DNA of 64,000 bases from Heptranchias perlo (GCF_035084215.1 NC_090327.1:113026001-113090000), one strand, 5' to 3'; positions 26,811 through 40,229 are shown, numbered from the stretch's first letter. Made by a program: numbers and translations. The notes: generated by a model from the sequence alone, not told the origin.

Positions 26811-27737
26811 CCCATTTCGAGGTGCGCCAGAAGAAACTGACAGTAGGCCTTGAAAGTGCCCCCCCCCCCCAACCCCGCCTCAGATTGGAGGATCTGAGGG
26901 GGCTGGCAGCAAGGTAAGGGAGGCCGAAAAGCTGAGTAAAATATATTTTTTTGCAAGCTCCTCAAGGATCTTTGGGCCTGGACAGCAGCCAAAGAGCACC
27001 AAAGCCAGTGGCCATTCTAGAGGTCCCAGATACCAGTTTCCTGTAATGAATTGATCACTCTATGGGAAACTGGCCTTTTAAAATTTAAATCCCTCCATCC
27101 CAAGGTCCTTAGCTATGCTAGATGCCAGGAACTCATGGGTGTATCTAGTGCCATCTTTGCTAAGGTGCTGTTAGGCAATGGATGTTCTTACTTATAAATT
27201 TATAAGTTACTCCATAAGATAATAGGATTCAAAGGCATTTATTGGCTTTCATAGGAATTAAGTATACAATGATAACCATTTGTACTAATAACTATACATA
27301 TACAATGATAACTATTACTAATAATAATTACACATATACTCAAGGTCACAATTACAATTCAGGGCCATGCTTTCTCTGAGACTTGCTAAATCAGCAGAAT
27401 AAACATTTTTGGGCAACTAACAGTCTTTCTGCTGTGCTTTTGGAACAAGCTGTTTCTGCTTTGCCAGGGACTGTACATGAAAGCTGCACAGTGAGAAATT
27501 GCCATCTCATGAATGGTAAAATATTCTGTAATACAGATTGCATGCAGAATTTCTCTGAGATCTACATACTTTATGGTAATGACAATACTGCACTAATGCT
27601 CTCACAAAGGAGGTTAATACCACTTTATATTATGAGACTCCAGAACACTTCCAACAAAAGCAAGGAAAAGACAAGGTGATTTCTTACTTAAAATGTAATC
27701 CATATAAAATAACAGATATTGAGACTTGTTGGATATA

Positions 27738-27852
27738 GGGTTGAATTTTCCCGGGCTTCTCCCACTCTGCTGCTGTAACATGAACAGACTTTTACATGTG
27801 TAAATGGGGTGTCTGCTGAATATCTGCTCAAATTACAGTGGAAATTCAGCCC
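27738..27852. mobile_element. Very short MITE (relatives near 7375, 32355, 60938, 62275)
   Basis: TIRs gggttgaattt and aaattcagccc; shared ttctcc..tct.c..c..taac core. Confidence 0.55.
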
Positions 27853-28508
27853 ATAGTCTTTGTGGTCAGAGGAAGTTCATAAACTATTCTAACTTCCATT
27901 TCAAAGTTGCTCACATCCCTTGAACGCTTCAATTATGTCACAGCCCTGAGTTCACTGGCAGTCTGCCATAATTAGTTTTTGTTTGTAATATTATTAAATA
28001 TATTACTTCTCTTCAGAAATGCAATCTTATATCTATCGCAGAACAGAAAACGAAATCTAACATCACACCCTGTAAAATCAATGAAGTGCAAAAAGTGTTA
28101 ACACTGACAGATTGCATGTTTCTTGAAGGCTGGGCGATGTTAACTTGCCAGTTGGTGTTCTGATTTTTTTTGCCCTTTTAGAAGCAAGACGAGCTGCATT
28201 GTGAATGGAGTGATTTTTTTTGTATTAGAAAAAGATTGTTACTTGTAAAGGAAATCCATAATGAAAGCATCACTGTGTTATGAACTATGCTTTTTTCACC
28301 TTTTCCATGATTCCTGATTATTAAGATAGTTAAAAATCTTTTAAAATCACAAATGTTGAAAGGAAGAACTAAAAGCAGCTATTTTTCCTGGCAACATTTA
28401 TATACTCCACCATTAACAGTCTTGGAAGGTCTAAATTGGAGCCTACAGCACTACATTTAAGCCATCAAATTGCAAATCTCGGCTCCTAGAGGTCAGTGCA
28501 TCTGATTC

Positions 28509-28725
28509 ATGTAAAGAGACGCACAACACCCGGTTATAGTCCAACAGCTTTATTTGAAATCACAAGCTTTCGGAGCTTTGCTCCTTCGTCACTTCACCTG
28601 ACGAAGGAGCAAAGCTCCGAAAGCTTGTGATTTCAAATAAAGCTGTTGGACTATAACCGGGTGTTGTGCGTCTCTTTACATTTGTCCACCCAAGTCCATC
28701 ACTGGCATCTCCACATCATGGCCAC
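28509..28725. mobile_element. Penelope-like fold-back: perfect 83-bp hairpin plus 3' tail
   Basis: Arms 28509-28591 and 28599-28681, 7-nt loop. TSD catctgattcatg at 28499-28511 and 28726-28738. Confidence 0.92.
28594..28632 (+). ncRNA. Minimal hammerhead ribozyme motif
   Basis: tcac-CTGACGA-a-ggagc aaa gctcc-GAAA-gctt-gtga. Confidence 0.75.
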
Positions 28726-30259
28726 CATCTGATTCATGGCACTCCCAATTTTCTAATCATGAAACTCATGCTGAAATCAGACTCAATTCAGATCAACATA
28801 ACATTGTCAAAATCCAAATTGTTTAAACATAACTAAGGTAGAGAAAGGCTGCCTGCCATAGAACTGTGCAAGTGTGAGTATGAGTTGGTCTGTGTTAAAT
28901 GTTACAGCTTACCTATTTGCACTGTTGTGGGTCATTGAGTGTCTAAATATTTTTAATCATAAAGTGCAGCACCTTTTGTCAAATGAGGAAGACTGTATTG
29001 TGAGGGTATTTTATGAGGGCATTCTCCCCAATTGTATTCAGTTGCTGATTCCACCCCTCCTCGTCCCAGCCATATGCTTCCTGTGTCCTAGATGTTAGAA
29101 CAGATGGTATGCTTCCAGGACACCCCCAATATTGCTCCTAACCATCCATAGGGTGGGGGATGCAAGAGTACCCAGATTTCACCTCATCAGTATTCCTTGC
29201 CCCCTCCCCCCCCCGAGATGCTTTACCTTCTCTCAGCACCTCCCTCCTCAGCTTGAATCAAATTTGCTTTGTACCCACTCCCATTTTGTGATCATTTTCT
29301 TTGTATGCAACATGTTCTATTTTTTCATTCCCTTTATATCCTGGCTGCTTTCCTGTACATATCCCAGTGACAAAAATGCCAAAGAGAATACAGGAGCAAT
29401 GATACTGTTTCCACACTTACCTTGCATGTTTATAATGTACTGTGTGTCTTTCACTTTGATCATGTTCTCATTGTTTCACTTCTTTACCTTTTTGTTTCTC
29501 TTTTCAATCTTTCTGCTTTTCTCATTTCTCCCTGCTGTGGTTTCTTTCCTTTCTGTCTCCTTCTCTCTTACCTCCTTTTTATCCTAAGCTGCTCCTCTAT
29601 TAGTTTTTATCTTTGCTTTTTCCCCTTCTCGTGCTGTTACTCATTGAGATAACTTGCCATTCATGAGTAGCTGCCTAAGTACTCTGAGAAAATTAGCTAT
29701 TGCAGTTTCTCTGAGAATCTTGGCAGTCATTTTAGAAATGTGCTGCCTAAGACAATTTTGTAGAAATAGCCATTCCTGATGTAGATAGATGGTCTCATGG
29801 AATCTAGGAATCCCTGCACAAAATGGGGACATCCTACATTAGATTCTCTAGCTTGCTACATTTTAAATACCTATCAGTAACTCTTGGGCACAATGTTATA
29901 ATTTCTCCGATTTGCAACACTGAAAATTGAATGTAGTTTTCCTCTAAATTATGACTACACTACATGCTAAAGGCATTACCATCTGATCCAATTAAGATGA
30001 GGTGTTATTTTCCAGTTGTAATGTGAAAAAGGTTCCTCACATTTCTGCCTGTCTAGTGCATAAACTGGCCAGATAGCGTACCCAAGAGTGACAAACTTAA
30101 ATACCTTTGGTCCAGATTTTCCTGGGGGCGTGCGCCATTAACACCTACATCACAAAAGAAAGAGGAAATTATGGAGTCGGTGACTTGTGCCATCACTTAT
30201 GGTGCTCCATATTTTCCTGTGGCTTTGGTGCCACTCTGTGCCCTGTGTCAATAACAGTT

Positions 30260-30407
30260 ATGATGTGGAGATGCCGGTGATGGACTGGGGTTGACAATTG
30301 TAAACAATTTTACAACACTTACCTGAGGAAGGAGGAAGTCTCCGAAAGCTTGTGAATTTAAAATAAAATTGCTGGACTATAACTTGGTGTTGTAAAATTG
30401 TTTACAA
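30260..30407. mobile_element. 148-bp inverted Penelope-like insertion (family A) with hammerhead motif at 30319-30355
   Basis: 21-bp inverted arms 30298-30318 and 30387-30407. TSD tcaataacagtt at 30248-30259 and 30408-30419. Near-identical to the termini of 13059-14924. Confidence 0.92.
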
Positions 30408-31449
30408 TCAATAACAGTTGGAAGCTAATTTTCAAAGCTCCGAGCTTCCACTGAAAACAATGACAATCGTGATTTTGCTGTATTATCGCCATTTCTCATG
30501 TTGCTGCAACTTAGACTTAAAAATAATGATGCTGGTGGCTTGGCAGCGGCGTGTTTTATAGCTAATATTTTTTTAATCGCTCAAAGGATTGAACTTGGGC
30601 CAGTCTGAGGCTGAAGAAAGGGCTCAGCACACCCGTGGAAGCTCAGTACTCAAATTCATGACATGCTTTAAACAGAAGGAGACCAACCAATTCTATCGAA
30701 AAAAGATAGTACCCAAGGTCTCTTTTAATATCTCAGTTGCCAAATTCTATCTAACCCATGGGCTATTTTTGCTTTCAATATTCATTACGATATATTTCTC
30801 TAAAGTGAACTTTATTTGCTGCTGATCATTTGAGCTGAAAGCCCTGTCGGGCTACCTTTGTAATATCTTGGCTGCCTCCTCTGATTCCAAAGTCCCTCAA
30901 CGTGGTGATGACTTCTGCAGTTTCTCTTTAACCCATTCACGCATCATCACCCAGTGTGTTCCTATCTTAAAATGTACACATGTTAGCATGCATTCAGTGA
31001 TCAGGAAATATTGACCAGGTTTTCACTTTGTGTGTGATTATGTGCTTACCACCATCAAAAAATAGTCACTGCTTTTGCTGCAGCCATCTTGCCCTCCTCT
31101 CAGTCAGCTAGTCAGCATGCAAGCAACATTTATTGATGTTTAAAGGGAGAGTGAGGAACATCAAATCTAATAGTGAAGTTGGACTGGATGAACAGACTTT
31201 AAATATTTCTTTAAACCTGTCCCCCGTTTCCCTGATTAATATGTTCTCCCTCCACATTTTTTGTCAATTGTACAGTGCAAAATAGTTTTACTAAATGGGA
31301 GTCAGGAACCAGTTGAAAAAGATTTACTACACATTGGATAGTCAAAGTTCAAATGTTCTAAATGATTTGTGCTTTTTGTTTTTCCTTTTTGGTACAACAA
31401 CTGTAATTCCCCCACCCCCCACACCCCAACATTCTGTTTTCAGCAGATA

Positions 31450-31673
31450 TGAACATAGGAACAGGAGTAGGCCATTCAGCCCCTCGTGCCTGTTCCACTA
31501 TTTGATAAGATCATGGCTGATCTGTGATCTAACTCCATATACCTGCCTTTGGCCCATATCCCTTAATACCTTTGGTTGCCAAAAAGCTATCTATCTCACA
31601 TTTAAATTTAGCAATTGAGCTAGTATCAATTGCCGTTTGCGGAAGAGAGTTCCAAACTTCTACCACCCTTTGT
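31450..31673 (-). mobile_element. CR1 3' end fragment
   Basis: gaacataggaacaggagtaggccattcagccc terminus and a QRVVEVWNSLPQ remnant. Confidence 0.85.
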
Positions 31674-33090
31674 GGAACAATTCCTGTGGCAAAAACGCAG
31701 GGAGGTGGGCAGAGGGGAACTGTTCTCGGGTCTCAGCCAGTGGCATTGCTGAACTGCCAGCTGAGGTTCATGGTGAGAGCTGCCTTTCCAATTTTTTCTC
31801 TCTCTCCCAGGTCATCCACTTTCCACTCAACTCTTTGCAGCAGTGTGGTTGAGATCAGTGACTCAGTATAGCCCTATCTCATTTTCCACTGACATTTTTA
31901 TTAGGTGCTATATGTATTTTTAAGAACCTAATCTCATAGGTATTTGAAAACGAAAAATGCTGGTGCCAAAGGATATTAAGTATTCAGATAAAATTAAGAT
32001 AAAGGACTGAGAGTAAAAGAAAAATCACAGTATACTTATACTCTGCACACCAAAAATTCTTACTGTTGTATACACACAATATAATACCATTGAACCCTGA
32101 GGGTTGACGATTTAAAAAAATAAAAATAATTCAGTACATTTTAATAGAGAGTGATAGACACCTGGAAGTGAGTCAGTTAGATAATCAGCAGGGTCCAAAT
32201 GTCAACATAAACAGTGAGCATGAAGTTTAAATCGGCTATGACCATTATTTGAACCAAAGATTAGATTTCAGCCTCGAATTCAGTCCCTTCTAAATTCTTA
32301 CTTGGGCAAAGCTTGAGGCAAAACGGACCAATCTACACCAGTGTCTATTACAGGTCGGGAATTTCCTCGGAGTTGTTCTCTCTCCACCACCACTGCGGCG
32401 GAAAATCCCACCATGCTACATTTTGGCAGGTCGTTAAATGAACAGAACAATAGCAGGCATGATTCTATGCTCCCAGTTGGGGAGCTACATCCTCAGGGAG
32501 TGAGCCATGGACAGGTAGCCCATGATCTTATCACCTTCCAGCCCCGCAATGCACTCAACATTAGTGTGGCTCCCCATCAGGAGCTCAGAATTCAACCTAA
32601 TAATTGGTTAGATATAATTAATTATACTTAATAATTAATAATGTTAAACATTTAAGGTGATGAATATTGATGCAAAATGTGAAAAATGTAATTATACACT
32701 GAAGGGTATGTCATTGGAAAAAGTAAAGAAGGAAGAAGTTTTGGGTGTGCTGGTTGATCATGTATTGAAAGTGTTGTCATGTTACGTGGTAGCAATTGCC
32801 AAAACAAATAAAATGTTAAGGTTTGTGAATGGATCGATTAAATAAGTAATGATCGGACTCTGTAAATCATCATTAACAGCAGGATTACAGGAAGGAGTGT
32901 AATCCATGTTTTACGTTTAATTGCAAAGGGAATCAATAGTACGAATGTGGAGTACATATAGGTTTTTGTACGAAACAAAAATAAATTGAAAAGTTCCGCA
33001 CAGAATGTGAACAGCAAAGATTCACACACCATAATGGGTTCTGTACCAGTATCTGTTTCCTAAAGGCAATAGTTTAAATGCAGTTAAGCA

Positions 33091-33933
33091 TGGGCTCGAT
33101 TTTCAAATGAAAGTCCGGATGCGTTAGGGGCCGGTGGGGGGGAGGGGAGGGCAGCGAAAATCAGTAAAACCCGGAGCGGGTAAGGAACCCGGCTCCAACC
33201 CGCCGACTTCCGCGTCTCACAGACGCATCTGTGTGCGCGGGGTTCTGGAATCTGGAAGTCCCATCGGCAATTAAAGCCGGCGGGACGATATTTAAAGAAG
33301 CAAATGTACCTCATTTAGGTACTTAAGGTACTTTATTTGTTACATCGTAGGTAGTTGCAATGATTTTCAACTTACCTGAGCGGCTTTCCCACGGCTTCCG
33401 ATTCACGCCTGGTGAAACCAGGCATGAAGGGCCGGATCAGGCAAAAATAAACTAAATAAATTAAATAAAATAACATTTCACAAAGTTAAAAAAATAAATA
33501 AACCTACCTTTCAAACGATCTCACCTGCACCCCCCCTGCTCCGATGTCTCACCCCCCAATGTCTCTACTCCGATGTCGCTTCTCCAATGTCTCCCCCACC
33601 CCGACAAAGTCTGATGTCCCGCCCCGATCTTTGTCCCCCACTCCGATCTTTGTGCCACCTCCCCCCACTCGCTATTCCAGTGCCTGTTGATGTCTCTCTC
33701 TCCCTTTCTTCCCTCACCCACCCCCCCCCCCCCCCTCCGCGTTGCAGCTCCTGTTGGCAGCCAGCCTGTCAATCAGGCTGGTTGCCAGGCGCGAAACCCG
33801 GAAACAAGATTAATGAACATCAATTACCTCGCGATCACGTGGGGAAAGGTAAGTTTTTTTTTATTCGGGTTTGTCGCGCGCCCATTGACCCCCCCACCAC
33901 TGCCATCCCGCCACCCTTTTAAAATTGAGCTCC
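33091..33933. mobile_element. Harbinger-like MITE
   Basis: TIRs tgggctcgattttcaaa and ttttaaaattgagctcca. Shares ggcaattaaagccggcggga and gcgcgaaacccggaa with 38560-40219. Confidence 0.8.
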
Positions 33934-34047
33934 ATCACTTTGGTGAACTATGGTTTGTTTGAACTTGTTGCCCGTTGTTTCCCAACTCTTTCGATGCTCC
34001 TAGTCAAAACGCGGGTCTAGTTCTTGAAACATCTGTTCTATGTACAG

Positions 34048-34521
34048 TTTTTTTTCATTCGTTCATGGGATGTGGGCGTCGCTGGCGAGGTCAGCATTTA
34101 TTGCCTATCCCTAATTGCCCTTGAGAAGGTGGTGGTCAGCCGCCTTCTTGAACTGCTGCAGTCTGTGTGGTGGGGAGTTCCAGGATTTTGACCCAGCGAT
34201 GAAGAAGGAACGGCGATATATTTCCAAGTTGGGATGGTGTGTGACTTGGAGGGGAATGTGCAGGTGGTGTTGTTCCCATGTGCCTGCTGCTCTTGTCCTT
34301 CTAGGTGGTAGAGGTCGCGGGTTTGGGAGGTGCTGTCGAAGAAGCCTTGGTGAGTTGCTGCAGTGCATCCTGTGGATGGTACACACTGCAGCCACTGTGC
34401 GCCGGTGGTGAAGGGAGTGAATGTTTAGGGTGGTGGATGGGGTGCCAATCAAGCGGGCTGCTTTGTCCTGGATGGTGTCGAGCTTCTTGAATGTTGTTGG
34501 AGCTGCACTCATCCAGGCAAT
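34048..34521 (-). mobile_element. LINE 3' end with A-tail (clade uncertain)
   Basis: KLDTIQDKAARLIG...HSLHHRRTVAA...SKSWNS...FKK peptide; A-rich tail. Confidence 0.85.
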
Positions 34522-34602
34522 TTTCAGCTTCACTATTGGTGTGTCACCTAATAATTTACTTCAGCAAAAAAAGAATTATTGAATGCAAGTAAAATAAAAG
34601 CA

Positions 34603-35389
34603 ACAGATGGAGTTCAATGTGGGAAAGTGTGAGGCCATCCACCTTGGACCTAAGAAAGATAGATCAGAGGATTTTCTAAATGGTGAGAAGCTAGGAACTG
34701 TGGAGGAGCAGAGAAATTTAGGAGTCCAAGTACAAGAATAACTAAAAGCTAGTGGACAGGTACACAAAATAATTTAAAAAGCCAATGGAATGTTGGCCTT
34801 TATCTCAAGGGGACTGGAATACAAAGGGGTGGATGTTATGTTACAGTTATATAAAGCTCTGGTTAGACCACATCTGAAGTATCGCGTTCAGTTCTGGGAA
34901 CCGCACCTCAGGAAGGATCTTTCGGCCTTGGAGGGGGTGCAGCGCAGATTCACCAGAATGATACTGGAGCTAAAAGGGTTAAATTATGAGGACAGATTGC
35001 ATAGACTCGGCTTGTATCCCCTTGAATATAGAAGATTATGGGGTGATCTGATTGAGGTGTTTAAGATGATTAAAGGATTTGATAGGGTAGATAAAGAGAA
35101 ACTATTTCCTCTGGTGGGAGAGTCTAGAACAAGGGGGCATAACCTTAAAATTAGAGCTAGGCAGTTCAGGGGTGATGTCAGGAAGCACTTCTTCACACAA
35201 AGGGTAGTGGAAATCTGGAACTCTCTCCCCCAAAAAGCTGTTGAGGCTGGGAGTCGATTGAAAATTTCAAAACTGAGATTGATAGATTTTTGTTAGGCGG
35301 GTAGATGGAGTTAAGATAGAGACCGGACATGATCTAATTGAATGGCGAAACTGGCTCAAGGGGCTGAATGGCTTACTCCTGTTCCTATG
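34603..35389 (+). mobile_element. CR1 LINE 3' end
   Basis: LYKALVRPHL...QFW.PH...LEGVQRRFTRMI...RTRGH...FFTQRVVEIWNSLP. Confidence 0.93.
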
Positions 35390-37499
35390 AGTTAAACATG
35401 TCTTAAAAAGCAGCTCATGTGGACGGTAATATAAATTGAGATGGGGAAAGAAGAACCTGAAAGCAGGTCATCTGTCACAAGAACATCAGCATTACTAGTG
35501 TATCTAACAACTTAACCCTGATTAACCATGTTAGAGATGTTAGTTGCCTAATTTAAGTTGTTCATTTCTGCTGCTTTATAGTGTTGGTAAAAGGATGATT
35601 ACAGGTACTGTTTTTGGAGAGATGTGAGAACACAGTGTGAAATTATATTATTCACTCACACTGCTTCAATAAAGGTTGCCAGTCACATTTCATTTAGTCC
35701 TGCTAGTGCATTTGAGCATACAGTTTATACACTGACGTGTACACATCCTTCTGGGTGTGTGTGCTTTGACATACTTATATTCTGTCTTAATTAGCTTAAT
35801 TTCCCATTGCTCCAGCGTTCAGTTTCCATTTTATTACAGAACTGATGGAATAAACAGATAATCGTCTCTTTTGCTGTTACAGCTGAGGCCTTTCTGGCCA
35901 GTTTAATTGCTCAAGTTAGTTAGATTGTTTTATTCACACTGCACATCACTATCCAGGTGGTCTTTCACCCAACCTGAAATGCTGAATCGCGCAAGTTCAG
36001 CAGGTTCAGTTATGCAACACAAAACATGCGTCACATCAAAGCAAAGTGTACAGTATAAGTGTAGCTTTAGACTGTTAGCTACTACAGTGAGCACATACTC
36101 TATTGAAGCTTTGAAAAACATTTTTTGATTCAACTGAGAGTAAATGGATATGGGTTTAGCACTAATGGAGTGAAAGTGATAACTATGGCTTTTATGAGCC
36201 ATATAGACTGAATGGACTATTATTCTTACATCTTTTAGTCTTTTATATAATAATAACACTATCCTTAATGATTTTTATTTTAAGAAAGCTGCTGTGGTGG
36301 CTCTGAGTGTTGGTGTATCGTTATTATGTACCATAGGGAAATAGAATGTGTGTTCATAGTCGCAGTTATACCAAACTCAGTTGTGTTGTTTGGTCGGAGG
36401 TGGTAAGTAAAGGCTGGCCATTCCTTCTCAAGAATGGATTAGAAATTAGAGGGTGAGTCTCCTTGCTCTGCTAACAGACACCTCCCAGCAGATAGATATA
36501 GAGCAGCACTAGTAAAGCCATAAACACAGCCTTCCTACTCTCCCATTGTTGTGTGGGTAGCAGAACCTAGAGGAAGAGATTCATCCAGTCATTACATTTA
36601 TCCCAAGACAAATTGAGCATTAAGGTGGAGAAATCTGTGGAATTTGTGCTAACGAATGTGTTGTCCTTTTCCAGTGTGGATTATTCCATTGGCTAAACTC
36701 TTTCACCAATCAATCCAAAGAGTGCCTGTGGGCAAGTGCCAATGACTGGCAAATCTGGTCCTCTTCAACAAACCCATGAGGACATCCTCAAGGTCAGGAG
36801 AGAGCATTGTACTGAGTTGCTCTTCACTCCAGTGGGTTGTAGTAAACACAATGGGCACTTTGGTCTTTCTCCTTTTCCTTCAATCACACCAAAGTCCCAA
36901 TGCAGGTTAAGATTATGGGGTATAAGACACATGTTCAAACATGTCTCCTTTATGGTTCAGAAACTGTAGGTATGCAATGGAAGGGTTTTCTTCAGCACAT
37001 GTGAGAGATCCAGGATTAACTGAGGTACCTGGCCTGTTACTCAGTATCTTGGAAGGGGGTTCAACTTTATGGCAAGCACGTCTCTTTGCCAAAGTCTCTC
37101 ATATTAGGACTTGGATTAAGCAGTTGGTGACAAGCAAGGCTAGTAGTTGGCAATGGATGACACATTGCAAACCATTCTGCAAAAGTAATTCCATTATATT
37201 TAAGGCAGATGATATTGTATAAGGAAACTCTGAGGTTTGGGATGACAGCTGCTAGTAGTGTTACTGGAAGTTGTGTATGAGAATATGAGCTCATATCCAG
37301 GATGCATCCAACCATTGATTATAGAGGAAGCTGGCAATGCATTCAAAAACTTTATGGTGAGTTAGGCAAGTCACCATGCTCCTTGAGGGAGTTCCCTGTA
37401 TGTACTGTGCGCCTAGGCAGAGTTCAAATACACACTTGTCAATTGTCTAATGACAAGACTCAACTTCTCTAATGCCTTCAACAACCTTCCACAGTCCAA

Positions 37500-37572
37500 C
37501 AAACCTTCATCCTCATTTACAAATCCCTCCATGGCCTCATCCCATCTTACCCTTATAACCTCCTCCAGCCCT
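37500..37572 (+). mobile_element. L2 fragment
   Basis: caaatccctccatggcctc...taacctcctccagccct shared with 614-666. Confidence 0.6.
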
Positions 37573-38559
37573 GAGTTAGTCCTTACTAGACAAGCAGCAT
37601 GAAGCTTACTAATACTCTGAACATCCACTTGGGGGTGCGTAAGTCTTGGCTCTTGCGAATCTGGACTGAGGTTAGTGAGGTGTGCTTTTGTGTAGTGAGA
37701 GAGTGTGTACCAAATAAATTGCACTTGTTAACAGAGAAGCCACAAAACAACTAATGGAACAGTCGTTTTGTGTACACAACAGCACAGTGCCGCATCCAGT
37801 ACCACATTAGCAGTCATCTTGAACGAGAGTGAGCAGGAGAAGGTTCAAGAGGGCATAATAGATGGACCAGAAAGATCCATCAGCACCCTATGTAGAGGCT
37901 TGCCACAGTACACTTAATTGGGCCTGACAGGGCATCACTGCCAGCTCAGCGGGGAACCTGTCACTATTCTCCACCACTGGATGGTGGATTGTGCCCTCTC
38001 TTTAGTGTCTCCTCGTGCCCCGCTCACTCTCTAGCTATCGGGATGCAATTCCACTTCAAAGAGGGCATTTTACTGCTTTGTAGCAGCTTCCACTAGAACC
38101 TTCAAAGGCTCTTCAGTGAAACATGGTTTCTTTTACTTCCTCCCTGCTCCATTAGCACACAACATTGGAATTATGAGCAATGCATGTTTTACATCAGTTA
38201 AATGGCTCGGAAGCATTTGTGCATTCTGATTAGTTCTTGAGTTGTACACGAATTCTAGCATCGTTCATCTTCCAGAAATCGCACCATTCAAAGTAATATT
38301 TCCCCACAAGTGCATTACAACACCAAACAAAAAGCATACAGCTGTAACATTTTCCGAATGCAAGGAGGAATTCATTCCACTAAAGAGAGTAGAAAATAAA
38401 TAAATTTGATAATTGGGTATTAAAAAAAATGAGAAAGATTACAAATTAATTACAGAGGTTATAATATAACTAAATATGTTATAATGACCAAGCGATTCTC
38501 CACATCAGAATTTTGCCTGAAGCTGATTTTATTTGTCAGTCATTTTGCAAAAAAAGACT

Positions 38560-40219
38560 TGGGGGTCAGTTTTAGGATGGCCGAGCGGGTCATCTCCTCA
38601 GCATTCATGGCGGGGGTTTCCTAAAATTGGGGAATCCCGGAGCGGGTTCGCCCCCGCATGCAGGACTCCCACCGGCAATTAAAGCCGGCGGGATGACAGT
38701 TTAGATAGTTAGGGAGGTACTTGAGGTCGTTGACAGACCTCATTGCGAAGAGATTTTAGCAGGGATGTGATTTTGGACTCTCCTCAGCATGTTTCCCGTG
38801 CTGTGGGAAACACTCCCTGTTGTTGCAGACGTGTTTCAGTCAGCAGCCATTGGGAGATGCAGAGGATTCCTTGACATTTGGGGGGAATACCTCATTCATT
38901 GCAGCAGGGCACTCTGTCACCTCAGACAAAGTTTTGCCTGCCACACCGTTGTCTCCACACTCAAAATTATTACATCATACCCTAAACTCTGCTGTCCAAA
39001 CACATTTACCTACTTTGCGGACCCCCTCACACTCACACCGTCAGGATGGGGTCGGCGGGGGGGTTCCATAGCTGCATTCATCACTCCATTGGAGGACGAC
39101 CAATATCACCAGCCTCGCCAGGCATACCGTCCACCTCTGCCACGTACAGCTACACAACAGAGTGCTACGCAACAGGCACCTGCACAAAATAATCGTGCAA
39201 CTACACATACACCCACTGTACGGTGACCCAATGGGTGGCATCAAGCGTGTTCATGGAGAACCTCATGAAAGGGCCTTATTGCACAAGCCAGTCAAGAATG
39301 GCCAAGACTTGGCAGGAGTGGTGACAATATAATATGTAATGTGAATTGATCAGAAATCAAATATAAGTAAAAGCCATGACAAACCCTCAAACACCCTTGT
39401 GCATCCCCTTCATGCTCATGACATGTTTGCCTAACGCTTCCTACTACACATATGTGATGCATGCCCTGTGGCTGCAGCACAGGTAGTGGCAGATTGACTG
39501 AGGCTGACCATGAAAGAGATGCATCAGAGGGTGAGTATGAGATAGAGCCATGAGATTGTATGAGGATTGGGTTGAGTGGTAGTGGTGGGATGAGTACTGG
39601 GGAGGTGAGGAAGTGCAGGTAAGATGAAGATGAGGGTTTGAGGAGTGATGTGATAGAGTAGTGTTGGCAGTGCAGAAGGAGATGTAGGGTAGGGGCGGTG
39701 ATGTGGCAGACGGAGTGTAGGGGAATGAGTAAGAGTACTCACTTCGGCTGACCTGGTTAGGTCATTGAAGCGCCTCCTGCACTGTATGCAGGTGCGGGAT
39801 ATGTTGGTGGTGCTGGTGACCTCCTCTTCCACCTCGAGCCAGGCCTTTGTGGTGGCAGCCAGGTGGAAGATCTCCCTCCTCCTCCCCACCCCATCCAGTA
39901 AGATCTGGAGTGAGGCATCATTAAACCTGGGAGCAGCCTTCCCCCTGGGCCGCTCCATGCTGTAATTTTGCCTATTTTCTGCAGCATCAGTCAGTGGAGG
40001 ACTGCCCCTTTAAATAGGGCTCCTCCAGCTGACAGCCTATGATGCGGGTGCGCAGTCCGCCCGCTGCGCAGCTTTCCAGCGCGAAACCCGGAAGCCAAGA
40101 TAAGTGGCTTCAATTTACTTACGATCGCGTGCCAAACCCACCGATTTCACCGGGCGCGTTACTGACGCGCCCAGTCGACCCCCCGCTGCCAACCCGCCTC
40201 CCTCCTAATATCGGGCCCT
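38560..40219. mobile_element. Internally deleted Harbinger element retaining the Myb/SANT first exon
   Basis: Ends gggggtcagttttaggatgg and cctcctaatatcgggccc. Minus-strand exon 39958-39743 (PRFNDASLQILLDGV..RREIF...KAWLEV.EEV....RTCIQCRRRFNDL) ends at a gtgagt donor. Confidence 0.85.
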
Positions 40220-40229
40220 TGATGTCTTG

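Noticed and set aside
27264-27340. Short tandem duplication that might suggest an array
   Set aside because: Only two degenerate AT-rich units. No CRISPR-like repeat-spacer structure was seen anywhere in the window.
29132-29652. Hydrophobic ORFs resembling membrane proteins
   Set aside because: Product of T/C-rich low-complexity sequence.
36991-37011. REST/RE1-like site (ttcagcac...)
   Set aside because: The right half does not match GGACAG. The same holds for the hits at ~54198 and ~61954.
1-40200. Upstream RIMS2 alpha/beta exons
   Set aside because: No RIM-like peptide with splice sites was recognised. Micro-exons cannot be excluded by eye.
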